DNA of 63,188 nucleotides, counting the filler, from Reclinomonas americana ATCC 50394 (lineage: Eukaryota): NCBI GenBank assembly GCA_048213135.1. It is 4 parts of 4 records of this genome, joined end to end, with 100 filler letters (N's around TTAATTAATTAA, not from the genome) between each part and the next. Parts side by side here need not be neighbours in the genome. Positions count along the whole stretch, not along the records: positions 1 to 27,963 come from AFZH01018004.1; 3 more parts are not named here. One strand, given 5' to 3'. The stretch's first letter is position 1, and every line of letters starts with the position of its first letter. The position numbers were made by a program, and so were the translations under genes. The notes below the pieces were generated by a model. The model made no database searches. It saw only the letters and a list, made by a program, of their open reading frames with translations, and was not told the origin of the DNA. This document shows, piece by piece, positions 1 to 11,943 of the stretch.

Positions 1-267
1 CCCCTCTCGCTCTCCCCCTCTCGCTCTCCCCTCCCTCTCGCTCTCCCTCTCCGTCTCCCCCTTCTCCCTCTTTCCCTCTCGCTCACCCCTTTCGCCCTTG
101 TCGCTCTTTCCCTCTCGCTTCTCGATCTAACTCTTTTCTTCTGACCGTCCCCCTCTCGCTCTCCTCCTTGTCGCTCTCCCCTCTCGCTCTCCCCCTCTTG
201 CTCTCCCCCTCCCTTTCCCTCCCCCTCTCCCTTTCCCCCTCCCCTCCCCACTCAATTCTCCACGCAG

Positions 268-2681
268 GCACTGGAAATGGAGCGAGAGGCCTTTGGTCGC
301 CTGACACAGACCACACTCTGCAAAACCTCGGTGCACCTTTGGAAGGCACGGCGTCACACCATGCGCATCGCCAAGAATCTGGTGCTGCCGGAGACAGTCG
401 AGCCCACCCGTGTTGGTGCGACAGCAGATGATTCTCGTGTGTATATGGCTCCTCGCTCACCGTCCACGCACAGCAATCATTGGCGCCACCAAGACCGGCC
501 GCTCGCTTGCATATGCTTTGTCGGTCGCCGGCTGCCACGTGGTGCTGGTGGACCTGGAGCGGTCCCTGCTGGACGATGCGCGGTTCTTTATCGAGTTTCG
601 TACAAGCAGTGCTTTCGCCTCTCATCCATTGCTTGAGTGTGACGTGAATTCGACAGGGACCGCTGCGTGCGCGACATTGGCACACGACGAATTCACAAGA
701 CCGAAAAGCATCACATCATGGAGCGCGTCAAGTACGCCAACGCCTCGCAGCGTGGTGCGTGAGGGGAAGTAGGAGACGGAAGGGAGCACAGCAACTCAGT
801 CCATTTGTTTTCTATTCGCACAGAGAAACTCGAGGGCATCACCGTCTTCCTCGAGACCGCCTCGGTGAATGTGCGAACCAAGCAGCGCATCCTGGAGATG
901 TACGAGGGACCCGACATTTACTTTTTGATCAACACGGCGGCTGTACCCGTCTCGAAGATTGCCGAGGTGTGTGTTGGCCAGGTGACAGCGGTAGTCAATG
1001 CAGCATCTCATATCTCTCCCCTTCCTCCCTATAGCATTCCCGCTACCCCGATCGATTGTGTGGCGTGCACTTTGGTCATCCGGTACACAAGGTGCCGATT
1101 GTGGAGGTCGTCAAGGCTGCCAACACCAGCCCCCAAGGTTGCTCTCTTTCTCTCTCAGTCAGTTGTGCTCCTGTGCTCATCATCTCCCCGCGAATGCACA
1201 GTCGTGTCGGTGGCATGTCAGCTGGCGATGCGCATGAAAAAGGCGCCAGTCATCGTCAGCGACTCCCCCGGCTTCCTGCTGACGCATCTGCTGACGAGCG
1301 CCCTCGTGGAGTGCTCGTACGCGGCGCAAGAGTTGGGCAGTCTGGAGGCTGTGGATGCTGCAATGATGGCCTTTGGCTTCCAGACCGCTCCGTTCCGCGT
1401 TGTCGGTGAGAGCGACCTGTTGGTCACCTTTGTTTGGCAATGACGAACTTACTCGCCACTGCAGACTCGCAAGAGACCACCGTGTTCCGCGACTTGTTGC
1501 GCTACATGAAGTCGGTGGACCCGGTGCGTTTCACAGTGGCGCCGTTCCTCGAGCAGCATCTGGAGACTGCTTCCGATCCGAAGAAGGTTTGTTGAGGGGA
1601 AGGAGAAGAGAGAGAGAATCAAGGATTGGGACGGTAGAATTAAGAGAAAGAAGAGAAATCGTGATGTTTACTCACAGTATAGAGGAGCTGTACGAATGAC
1701 ACGGAAAGGGAGGGAGAAGAGAACCGCGCACCTCTCACTCGCAGTGTATAGGATCTGAGTACACTTGAAGGCAGAGAGAGTGCATTGCCATTCAGATTTC
1801 CAAGGAGCTGAACACACTCAGAGTTGAGAAAGAATGCGCTCCTCGCTCACAATATGCAAAAGCTGCACAGAAGGGGAAGGAGAAGAGGAGAAAGAAATGA
1901 GAACGTGCACTACTCACTCACCTGCGGCTGAGCACAAATCGTAGGAGACGACAGAAGACAGTGTACTACTCGTTGACAATGTTAACGACAAGAGAAGGTG
2001 GAGGAGAGAGAGAAGACAATGCACTCCAACAATCAGTATCAATGAGACAAACACGAGCAATGCTGAGAGAAAGAAGAGACAGTGCACTCCTCACTCACGG
2101 TATGCAGCAGCTGAAGGAGAAGGAACTCGCTGACAATATACTTGAGGGGAAGATAGACAGGGAAGAACAAAAAAAATCGTGCACTCTTCACGCACACTCT
2201 TTCGCTTGTCCACTTCGCCTTCCCTCCTCTCATCCTTCTCGTGATGCAGGACCGAATTTACCGACGCGCAGAGACACCACCATCACCGAGTGGCGCAGCC
2301 AGTGGCAGTTCGGCGGGCGCAGCAGCCACCCGGGCTCGTGAGAAGCGACGCATTTCACCGCGCATCCAGGCCCTGCTGCAGCAGAACCGCGACAAGGAAG
2401 CGTTGCGTACAACGAGAAACAAGAAAGAAAGGAGACGCGAGAGGAGATAACGGAGAGAATGGAGGAGGGCAGGGAGGGAGAGACAAGCGAGGGAGGGTCA
2501 GGAGGAAGAGACAAGAAAGGAGAGAACGACTTTCTGTTCTCTTCTCTACTCTTTCTTGACTCTCTCTCTCGTCTCTGATTACTCCTGCCCTTCTCTTGCT
2601 TTCGTCTCTTGTCTCTTTCTCGCACTCATTGTCTCTTGTCTTTTGTCTCATATCTCTTGCTTCTGTCCCGTCTCTAGTCTT

Positions 2682-2725
<44 letters not shown>

Positions 2726-3541
2726 CTCTCTCCTTCCGCCTTCTCCTTCCTTCCCCCTTTTCCCCCTTTCCCCCTTTCCCCTTGTCCTCCCTCCCCCTTT
2801 CCCCTTCCTTCTTTCCTCCCTCCCCCTTGTCCCCCTTCCCCTTCCTGCCCCTCATCTCCCTCTCTCCCTCCTCCCTCCCCCTAGTCCCCCTTTCCCCCCC
2901 TTTCCCCCCTTTCCCCCTCTTTCCTCACCCCTTTCCCCTTTCTACCTCCCTCGCAGCACCCCCACCATGTCCGCCGACGAAGTCCCCCGCCGAGTCGTCG
3001 TCCGCCTGGCCAACGAAGTCATGAACCTGATCGCCGCCGGCGTGGTGGAATCGCCGCTGACGGTGGACTTTGTGGCTGCCTTTGGCATGGGCTTCCCGGT
3101 GCACCGCGGCTCGATCTTGATTGATGCCGAGCGACACGGTACGCAGCCCTCCTGCTGCCTTTTTGCTGTCATCTCTTTCTGACAGTGTCGATGTGGCAGG
3201 CACCAAGGCACTGGTTGCCGAGTTGTCGACGCTCGCCGCCTCCCTCGGTTTGTCTCTCTCCGCCCAAGGGTTGATCCACCTCACCGTCCTCTCTCACATG
3301 TCTCACTGCAGGACCTCGCTTCGAGCCCGCCCCGTCACTGGCGCAGTTGGCGCGCACCAACCAGTCCATCTTTGGCGAGCCGGTGGTGCCCGTCGGCTCA
3401 GCGTACGACGCCGATCGCGCGCTGCTGCCACGCAGTTTTCCGCACGAAGCGGCTGAGCGGGCAGTCAAACGATTCCTGCAGCTGCTAATCCTCGTGCTGG
3501 TGCTCCTGTCGTTGTACTTTGCACTGCGATCTTTTGTGTGA
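268..3541 (+). CDS. Multifunctional fatty-acid oxidation enzyme (HADHA/FadJ/MFE-like), 3' part: end of hydratase domain, divergent 3-hydroxyacyl-CoA dehydrogenase domains, C-terminal TM; 5' end lies upstream of the window
   Basis: Spliced exons give ALEMEREAFGRLTQT (hydratase end), AIIGATKTGRSLAYALSVAGCHVVLVD (Rossmann), CGVHFGHPVHKVPIVEVV (His-Glu dyad region), VSDSPGFLL, AVDAAMMAFGF, VDFVAAFGMGFPVHRG, and end FLQLLILVLVLLSLYFALRSFV-TGA at 3541. Confidence 0.85.
1650..2200 (+). repeat. Degenerate ~60-bp tandem repeat in the long HAD intron
   Basis: Recurring gtgcactc-ctcactcac...agctg modules at about 1660, 1725, 1780, 1835, 1905, 1961, 2081 and 2179. Confidence 0.55.
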
Positions 3542-3915
3542 GGGTGGCGTGTTTTTTCGAATATAGCAACGTAGATTGGAAAGAAGAACATCTGTGTTGA
3601 AGGAGAGGCTCTCACAACTGGTGCACCTTGGTTGAGATGCACTCTGCCTCTTCGCTGTCGTGATCCATTTTGTGAGGGTGGCTGGACTGGAAAGAAAGGC
3701 GTCTGTTTCCTGTTCTCACTACTTTGATGGGTGCATCTTGGTTGAGATGCACTCGGCCTCTTCGCTGTCGTGAACCTTCTTTCTGGGGTCTGGACTGAAA
3801 AAAGCATCTGTTTCATGGGCCAGTTGGAGGTGAATGTGCGTGCGTGTCTGTGGCTCTCTCACTACGATTACGATTGGTGCATCATGGCCGAGATGCGCTC
3901 GGCCTCCTCGCTCCG
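3527..3915. repeat. Degenerate tandem triplication of the convergent HAD/CFAP70 3' junction
   Basis: ggtgca(c/t)cttggttgagatgcactc(t/g)gcctcttcgct at ~3620 and ~3730 matches the CFAP70 terminal coding sequence at ~3877; ttttgtgagggtggc at ~3667 matches the HAD stop region at ~3532. Confidence 0.7.
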
Positions 3916-6900
3916 TCCCAGCGACGAGTGAATGTTGTACAGCTGCTGCAGGGCGTGCTCACGATCCGAGTCGTCTTCGAACGAGTCCAGCAGAATTTCG
4001 TATTCCTGCAACAGGGGATCAGGCAGCTGCACCAGCATTTCAATCCAGCAACACACTGGCTCACCTGGGTGGCCATCTCCCACTTGTTCTGCGCGCGCAG
4101 AATGTCGGCGAGGAACCGGCGATCACGTGAGCGGTTTCCGCACTTCAGTGCACCGCGCACAGTCTCCTCGGCCATGGCATGCTGGCCCTGCTGCAGGTAC
4201 ACGTCGGCAATCATGCTGCGCAGGACGAGAAATGGGCACCCGAGCACGAGCGCAGCGAGATGGAGAGGCGCAAGTCGTCGATGTACACACCGCAACACTT
4301 CGGGGTCCTCGAGACCAAACTGCACGGCCTCGGCGTACGCACGCTGGGCGTCCGTGTGTCGCCCTTGCGCCAGTGACACCTGTCGGAACAAACAATAGGA
4401 TTGAGAAGGGTGGCCGCAGCAATCACGCACGGTGACAGCACTTACCAATGCCAAGTAGCCCCACACCACACTGTTCTGGCTGTCGAGAATGTTGGCCTCC
4501 TGTTCGTGTCGTGAGTAAAACACAACGAGAGAAAGGAGGCAAGTGAGTGCGCGAGAGTGCACACACCGAGAGTGCCTTCTCCGCTTGCTCGTAGTCGCGA
4601 GCATGAGAGTACGCCACACCGAGTCCCAGCCAGTGAATGCTACATGGCCACATCTGCACAGGCCGCGCTGTCTGTAAGCATTCACCCGTCTCTCGTCACG
4701 ACAACAACAACAGCAACAACAGCACCTGTGTCGCCAGGAGGAAATTGTCGCGTGCCAAGTCGTACTGGTGCAAACGAATGTACAGGTGGCCCAGACGGTA
4801 GTGCAGCAGCGAGTCCTTGGGGGCTGCGTATGTTGTACGATGAGAAAGACTCGACAATACGGATTCACTGTATCTCTGCACACACGTTTGCTAGTTTTCC
4901 CTCTCCATTACTTGTTGATCATTTCTGTCTCGCTACTCTCTTCTTTGTCCTTCCTCGCTCTCACCCTGCTCCCTCTCAACCTGCTCCCTCCCTCTCACCC
5001 TGTCCTTCCTTCCTGTTACCCTGTCCTTCCTCCCTCTCACCATGTCCTCCCTCCCTCTCACCCTGTCCTCCTCCTTCTCACGTCTATCCTCCCTCTCACC
5101 CTGTCCACCCTCCCTCTCGCCATGTCCTTCCTCCCTCTCGTGTCCTTCCTCCCTCTCACCCTGTCCTTCCTCCCTCTCACCCTGTCCTTCCTCCCTCTCA
5201 CCCTGTCCTTCCTCCCTCTCCTCCGTCCATCCTCCCTCTCACCCTCTCCTTCCTCCCTCTCGCCTATCCTCCTCCCTCTCACCCTATCCTTCCTCCCTCT
5301 CACCCTGTCCTTCCTCCCTCTCACCCTGTTCTTCCTCTCTCTCAGTCTGTCTATCCTCCCTCTCACCCTGTCCACCCTCCCTCTCGCCATGTCCTTCCTC
5401 CCTCTCACCCTGTCCTCCTCCCTCTCACCCTATCCATCCTCCGTCTCACCCTGTCCTTCCTCCCTCTCACTATCCTTCCTCCCTCACCCTGTCCTTCCTC
5501 CCTCTCACCCTGTCCTCCCCCCTTTCACCCTGTCCATCCTCCCTCTCACCCTGTTCTTCCTCTCTCTCAGTCTGTCTATCCTCCCTCTCACCCTGTCCAC
5601 CCTCCCTCTCGCCATGTCCTTCCTCCCTCTCACCCTGTTATTCCTCTCTCTCAGTCTGTCTATCCTCCCTCTCACTCTGTCCACCCTCCCTCTCGCCATG
5701 TCCTTCCTCCCTCTCAGTCTGTCTATCCTCCCTCTCACCCTATCCATCCTCTATCTCACCCTATCCTCCCTCCCTCACCATGTCCTTCCCCCCTCTCACC
5801 CTGACCTTCCTCCTCTCACCCTGTCTATCCTCCCTCTCAGTCTGTCTTCCCTCCCTCTCACCATGTCCTCTCTCCCTCACTTTCTATGTCTTCCTCCCTC
5901 TCATCCTGCCCTTCCTCCCTCTCACCCTCTCTTCTTTGTCCTCCCTCCCTCTCACCCGTTTCCTCCCCCCTCTCACCTTGTCGCGACGCCAAGGCACGGT
6001 TGTACGCCCGCTCGGCCTCGTTCAACTGATTCTGCGCAAAGTGCGTGTGTCCCAGGTGCACCCACGGCTCCGGCACGGTGGTGTTGATGCTGAGAGCCTC
6101 CTGCTCGACACCGATGAGTAACATGACAATAAACATCCCCCAGCCACACTCATGCACAACACTCACTTGCAAATGCTCCTCGGCTCGGGCATAGTCTTCC
6201 CGCTGGTAGTACAGACGACCGAACAGCACATACACGTCAATTGAGCGACCGCGTGCTTGTGTTTCCTGCAATCAATAACAATAATGAGCCAAGTATGAAA
6301 GAAAACAAAGCAGGAGAACGCACAACATACCGCATTCAAGGCTCGCTCCACCAGCATCGACGTGTTCAGCGGCAGCAGGAAGCGCGCAAGACGCAGTTCA
6401 ATTGACTCGCCAACTACAGCACGCACAAGGATTAGTTTCTTCTCACACACTCCTTCCCTCTCATCACGCATACCAGTCTCCACTGCCGACGCCGACATCT
6501 TGTACGCGTACTGCGAATCACGCGACTTGTCTATGTAGTCCAAGAACAGACCGAGCAGTCCCCACGCCAGCTGCGTGTCCTCCGACGAGGCCGCCGCATC
6601 CACTGCACTCTGTAATATGACCTCGGCCTCGGTCAGGCGATCGCGCTCCGTCAACACGGCACCAAACACCAGCAGACTGCACACGTCCATGCATGTGAGA
6701 AACACAAAGCACCGTGCCGACAATGTCATCATGTGACGCAACGTGCGGCAATTGTTGACGTTGAGTGCCAGGCACTCCTTCAGAGCGGCCTCCGCCTTGT
6801 CAAAGTCCTGCGCTCGCAAGCAAAACAGTGCATAGTCGAACCAGCGAGCCGCATGGTCAGGCTTCAAGTTGATGCGCTCCTTGTGGAAGCGCTCGGCCAC

Positions 6901-9009
6901 CAGGTAGTTCTCCTCACGCTCCGCCTCGTCGGCCCATCGTGCGTATCGCGCCGCCGCGTCGGCATCGTAGCCCTCCGGAACCTCCTCTTGCTTGCGCAGT
7001 TTCCGATTGTGCAACTGGCGACGTAGCAGGCGGTCAGCGACCTGCTTTATGCAAGACGTGCACAAAAAAGAAAGCATACCTTGTTGATGGCCTCGTGCAT
7101 CTTCTTCGTCAAATGCATGTACAGCTTGTTGAAGAACGCCTGCACGTCGGGGTTGGTGCGATCCAACACTCCAGAGGGCGGATTCAGCTTCTCCAGCGCC
7201 ACTCGCAGAATCGACGCCTTCAGACGCTCCTTGAAGTGGAAGTACTTGCCGGTGGCGTTGAGCTCGTAAATCAGTTCCTGCTGCCGATCCTCCATGCCCT
7301 GCGCGTCAAACACTTGTCCAAACTGCTGGTAGTACTCGTCGGCCAGCATCTCCGCCACGCGCACTACTTCGCGTTCAAACTCCGCGTCAGGGTCCTCCTT
7401 CACGTACGGGAGCTTTGGCCGTTGCGGAATGAGATCAATGGCGCGAATGTCCGGCTGCAAGAAACGCACGACATCAGACACGAGGCAAAGAAAACAGGCA
7501 TGTCTCTCTCCTATCTATCTTTCTCAACTCTTGGGCGATCCTGCGGGAGCGGAAGAATGGCCTTGTTGAAGGAGAGCGACACGGTGATGGCGGTGCCGGC
7601 CAACTCGAACGGATTGCCATTGTCCTCCGCCGCAGGCTCCGGTTGCATCTGTGGTGGCGGTGGTTCCGGCTGCACGAAAAAAGCATGCGTCAGCAATTGC
7701 GACAAATCACATGCATAAGCAAGTGCCTCCAAGTGACCTTCTTTGGCGGCGGCTTCTTGCCCTTGGCGCCGGGATCCTCGTCCGGAGGTGGCCCATCGAT
7801 CATGTGCTGCTGCACAATGTCGTCGCCAGAGACGCGGCCGACCGGGAACGAACCCTCGACCACCACGGTGCCCGGCTCGCCGAGTGACGACAAATCCAGC
7901 GCCACCTCTCCCCGGTACAACTGCTTGTTGGCATCGACCCAGCCGGGGCGCGTCTGCCTCAACGCACGACCCACTTGCACCGGGAACGAGGTGCGCCGAC
8001 CGACCATATCAAACAACTTGTCCAGCGCCCCATCGTCGAGGAACACACGCCGACTGGCATTCCACTCAATCGCATACTCAATCTGCCCATCGTCCGGTCG
8101 CTGCGTCTGCACCACGCTGCCACTGGGGAAGCAGAAGACCTGCTCCTCGGTGGACGAGTATGGCAGCGAGAACGACAGCTTGTAGTCAAAGAAGCCTGCT
8201 CTCCGACGAAAAGTGAGCGCGTCGTGCACGTAATCAATGTGTGAGTGCGATGGGAGACGCACCCAGCGCAGGATCAGCCGGATCCTGCGAATCCGGCAAG
8301 CACTTTGCGGGCAACGGCAACGCACGGGCGACCGACAGCGTCAAAATGCGTCCATTCTCCAACACCGCCGCCGGCACCAACGCCTCCGCTCGCGACATGG
8401 TCACCGACAACTCCACGACGCACACCTCCGCCGCCTCATGCCGCAACGACACCGACGCCGTCACCACCGACTGCTGCTGCAACACCAATCGCTCCAGAGA
8501 CAGCTCCCCACGCGCCAATGCCGCCGGCAGTGGCAGCTGATCCGCGGCCGCACTCTCCGGCAACAGCACCACGCGAAGACTCTCACTGAGCAGATCCGAC
8601 ACCAGTTGCTGTTTCCATAGTTGAGTGGAGTACGGCACACACACACAGGGAGAGAGTGCAGGGAAAACGCAACGCCATTGGGAACGCGGTCAATGACAAT
8701 GGGCGGTGTCTGTGCGTCGGCTTGCAGTGGGGCCGACTGTGCAAGGTATGAGCATGTGTGCGTGTTACAAAGAGAGAGGAGAGGTGAATATAGATGCTCA
8801 CCAGTGCAGGCGTGCGAGTGTTGTTGCCAGGGAACCAGAAGCCGACACGAGGACGACCAGGCGCGCGCGTTGCATCCGTCACACGAAACGAGCGAATGCT
8901 CAGCTCTGCACACAGACAAAGTCAGCACATACACTCACTCTCTCTCACTTGTGTGTATCAGAGACGCACCAAAGCCGAGATCGCCTGAGCCAGCACCACC
9001 GTCACTCAT
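3868..9009 (-). CDS. CFAP70: Cilia- and flagella-associated protein 70 (TTC18, TPR protein of the central apparatus), multi-exon
   Basis: Conserved RQQELIYELNATGKYFHFKERLKASILRVALEK block and ADEAEREENYLVAERFHKERI...WFDYALFCLR, followed by TPR repeats. First exon MSDGGAGSGDLGF (9009-8970) splices in frame; TAA at 3868. Confidence 0.9.
4960..5976 (-). repeat. ~21-bp minisatellite (aaggacagggtgagagggagg on the minus strand) filling CFAP70 intron 4824-5976
   Basis: Roughly 40 or more copies of cctccctctcaccctgtcctt on the plus strand. The unit matches the true donor junction gacaag|gtgagagggg at 5976. Confidence 0.9.
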
Positions 9010-9019
9010 TTTGCAACAA

Positions 9020-11908
9020 ATGAAAAACACAACGGGTGAGACAGTTGGGCTCGCGCGCGGTGACTGTCCCACTGTTCCACTCTCTCACAAACAATGCATT
9101 CAGGCGGGCTCGACGCGCGCTTTCTGCGGCAACTCTACCGCGTGTGGTCTCTCGCAGTGCACAGCAATGCAAACGACAATGATGATGATGAAAACGATGA
9201 TGATGACAACAACAGGGAGGAATGCAAGGAAGATGAGATGATGTTGCTATCCTCTTCCACTCGTCGTCGTCGTCGTCAAGGCAAGGGTGTGTGGAGGCGA
9301 CGATGTGTGGGCATTATGCGCTCTGTGTTCTTGGATGTGGCGCGGTCGCCGATTTCAGTGTCGGCATTTGTGTCGTACATGCTGCTGGGGTTGTTGACGG
9401 GGTGTGCGGTTGCTGCGGTGCTGTTTGGCAAGCAACTGGGATTGGTGACGGGCGAGTTTTATCAGGCACTGGTCTCGCGGGATGCGTCGGTGAGCAAAGA
9501 GAGAGATTCTGATTCGCGATTGCAGCAGTGCATTATGCTCATGCAGTGTGTTCGCGTAGTCGTTTGTGCATGTCATGGTGTTGACTGCGGTGTTTTCGGT
9601 GCTGGTCACTGCGGCGGCGAGCAGTGCGACGTTGTTGGGCGATAAGCTGGCGCTTCTGTTCCGTCGCCTGCTCACGCATCGCTTGCAGTGTGTGTATTTT
9701 GCGAGGCGGCGGTACTATCGGGTGAATCGGCCCGAGTGCCCTGTCGATAACCCCGATCAGCGTGTGTCGCGAGATGTCGAGTCGCTGTCGCAGTCGGTGG
9801 CCTCGGTGATTGAGAAGGGCATTACAGCGCCGTTGGTGAGTGCGCGGTGCATGGCTATGCAGGTGGAGAGTGCGTCGCTGACAGACATGCATGCAGACCA
9901 TTGTGTGGTACACGGTGTTGACGTGGGAGGCCCTCGGCTGGATCGGTCCTACGCTCTGCCTGCTCATTTTTGTCACGGGCACACTCATCAGCAAGTTCAT
10001 CATGCGACACATTTCCGAGTTGGTGTTCCGGCAAGAGTGGTTGGAGGGTGACTTTCGGTTCGTCACGCCTGCTCTCTCATCCCCCCCGCCCCCCTTTCCT
10101 CCTCACGCGTCGACGCAGATTCTCCCACATGCGAGTACGCATGTACAGCGAAGAGATTGCGTTTGCGGATGGCGAGACCCGCGAGCTGCGTATCGCATCC
10201 AAGGCGCTGCATCGGCTCGTGTCGAACTGGAACCGAGTGGTGTCGCGCGAGTTCTTCCTCAATTGTGCGTTGCACCGCGCCACGCTTGTCATCGCCCCTC
10301 GTGTGTTGACACCATGCACAGTTCACACCACCTTCTTTGGCTACATTGGCGCCGCTGTGACGTACGCCATTGTCGGCGCCGGTGTGTTTTGGATGGGCAC
10401 ATTCCCGGCGGATAACCCTGGCGACATGGCCAAGCGCATCAGCCAGAGCTCCTTCATGTGCATGCAATTGCTGTTTGGCCTGACCATGCTCGTGCAACTG
10501 GCCAAAGATGTGGCGGAACTCTCCGGTGTGTGTGTTGGTGGATGCAGGGAGACGGAAACAGAGAGAGGAATACTCATTGTGTTGTGTTGCAGGGTACACG
10601 TCGCGTGTGGCCGAATTCATCGACGAACTGCAGCGCGACGACAGCACTGAGAGCCGCAAAGTAGCGTCCGATGTGGAGGAAGGTCCCGATGCGGTGCAGT
10701 TGCAGGCGCTGGCACCACTCTCGTGGCCCAAGGTGTCGGCACGCAAGTTTTATGCCGAGTCGCCAGCTGACGGTGAGTGTGTTTCCTTCATATTATAATG
10801 TCTTCGTCTCCATACTCACACACGACACCACAGAGATCGGCGACATTGTGGTGGAAAAGTTGGCGGCGTATGCGGCAGGCAGTGGGCCACAGCCGGTGAC
10901 TCTTGTGCGAGGTTCGTCTGTGCTTGTGCCGCGCGTTGACCATCTCTCCCTCATCAGTCTCGTGCAGATGTGTCCTTCCGTGTGCGCCGCGGGCACAACC
11001 TGCTCATTTGCGGACCCAGTGGTGCGTGTGTGTGTGCACATAATGATGACATCTTGAACCGGCTGACACTTATCGCAGGTTGCGGCAAGAGCACCATTCT
11101 CCGCGTGATTGGTGGCCTGTGGACCGATTTCTCCGGTCGCGTGTCTCGGCCATCCGTGCTCGGTCGTGGCGGCCTGCTGTTTCTTCCACAGCGCGCATAC
11201 CTCGCGACAGGTTCACTTCGCGACCAGATCACGTATCCCCTGAACTTGCGGTTCGTGGTTTTGTTCTTATATTTGCTGTCGATTGAGTGTACTCATGCAT
11301 GTCAACGCAGCGAGAGCTCGTCAGCGCCGACCGATGCAGGTGCTTCTTTGTGCATAATCGGGAGTGTTTGTGTGTGTGCCAAACTCACCGCTCCATGCGC
11401 AGACGTTGTCGAGCTTCTCCATGCAGTGCGCTTGTCGTACCTCTTGGAGCGTGTGACGTCTGTCGACGAAGTGCGAGACAACTGGTCGCAGGTGCGCACA
11501 TGAAACTCTCTCTCTCTCCACACACAAATGCTTGGGAATGCTCACATCGTCGTCGCACTGTAGACGCTGTCGCCGGGTGAACAGCAGCGGCTGGAGTTTG
11601 CGCGCTTGTTCTTCCATCAGCCCGCCTTTGCGTTCCTCGACGAGAGCACCAGCGCACTCGACGAGGACACGGAACGCGCCATGTACGCCGAGTGTGCACG
11701 GTATGTCACCCATGAATGAGCTTGCACACCCAACAAAGTCCCACGCTGACGAATGGTGCGCAGGCGCCGCATCACCACCGTGTCGGTGGGGCACAGAGTC
11801 AGCCTGCTGCCGTTCCACGCGGAGAGATTACGTTTCGAGAGTGGCCGATGGGTGATGGAGCCGATTGCGCAAGAGCAGCAGGAGCAGGCCGTCGTTGTCG
11901 AGTCATGA
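9020..11908 (+). CDS. ABCD4: ABC half-transporter, subfamily D (ABCD4-like), multi-exon
   Basis: N-terminal LDARFLRQL and [44 protein letters not shown] (EAA region), Walker A GPSG|CGKS split by an intron, [35 protein letters not shown] at 11908. Confidence 0.88.
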
Positions 11909-11943
11909 TTGAATACCACATAGATTGTTTTGCATTACATTTC

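Noticed and set aside
4557..6121. Long Pro/Ser/Leu-rich ORFs of 359-439 aa (similarly 2556-3182, 39843-40400, 42772-43872)
   Set aside because: They are stop-free translations of CT-rich intronic repeats inside real genes.
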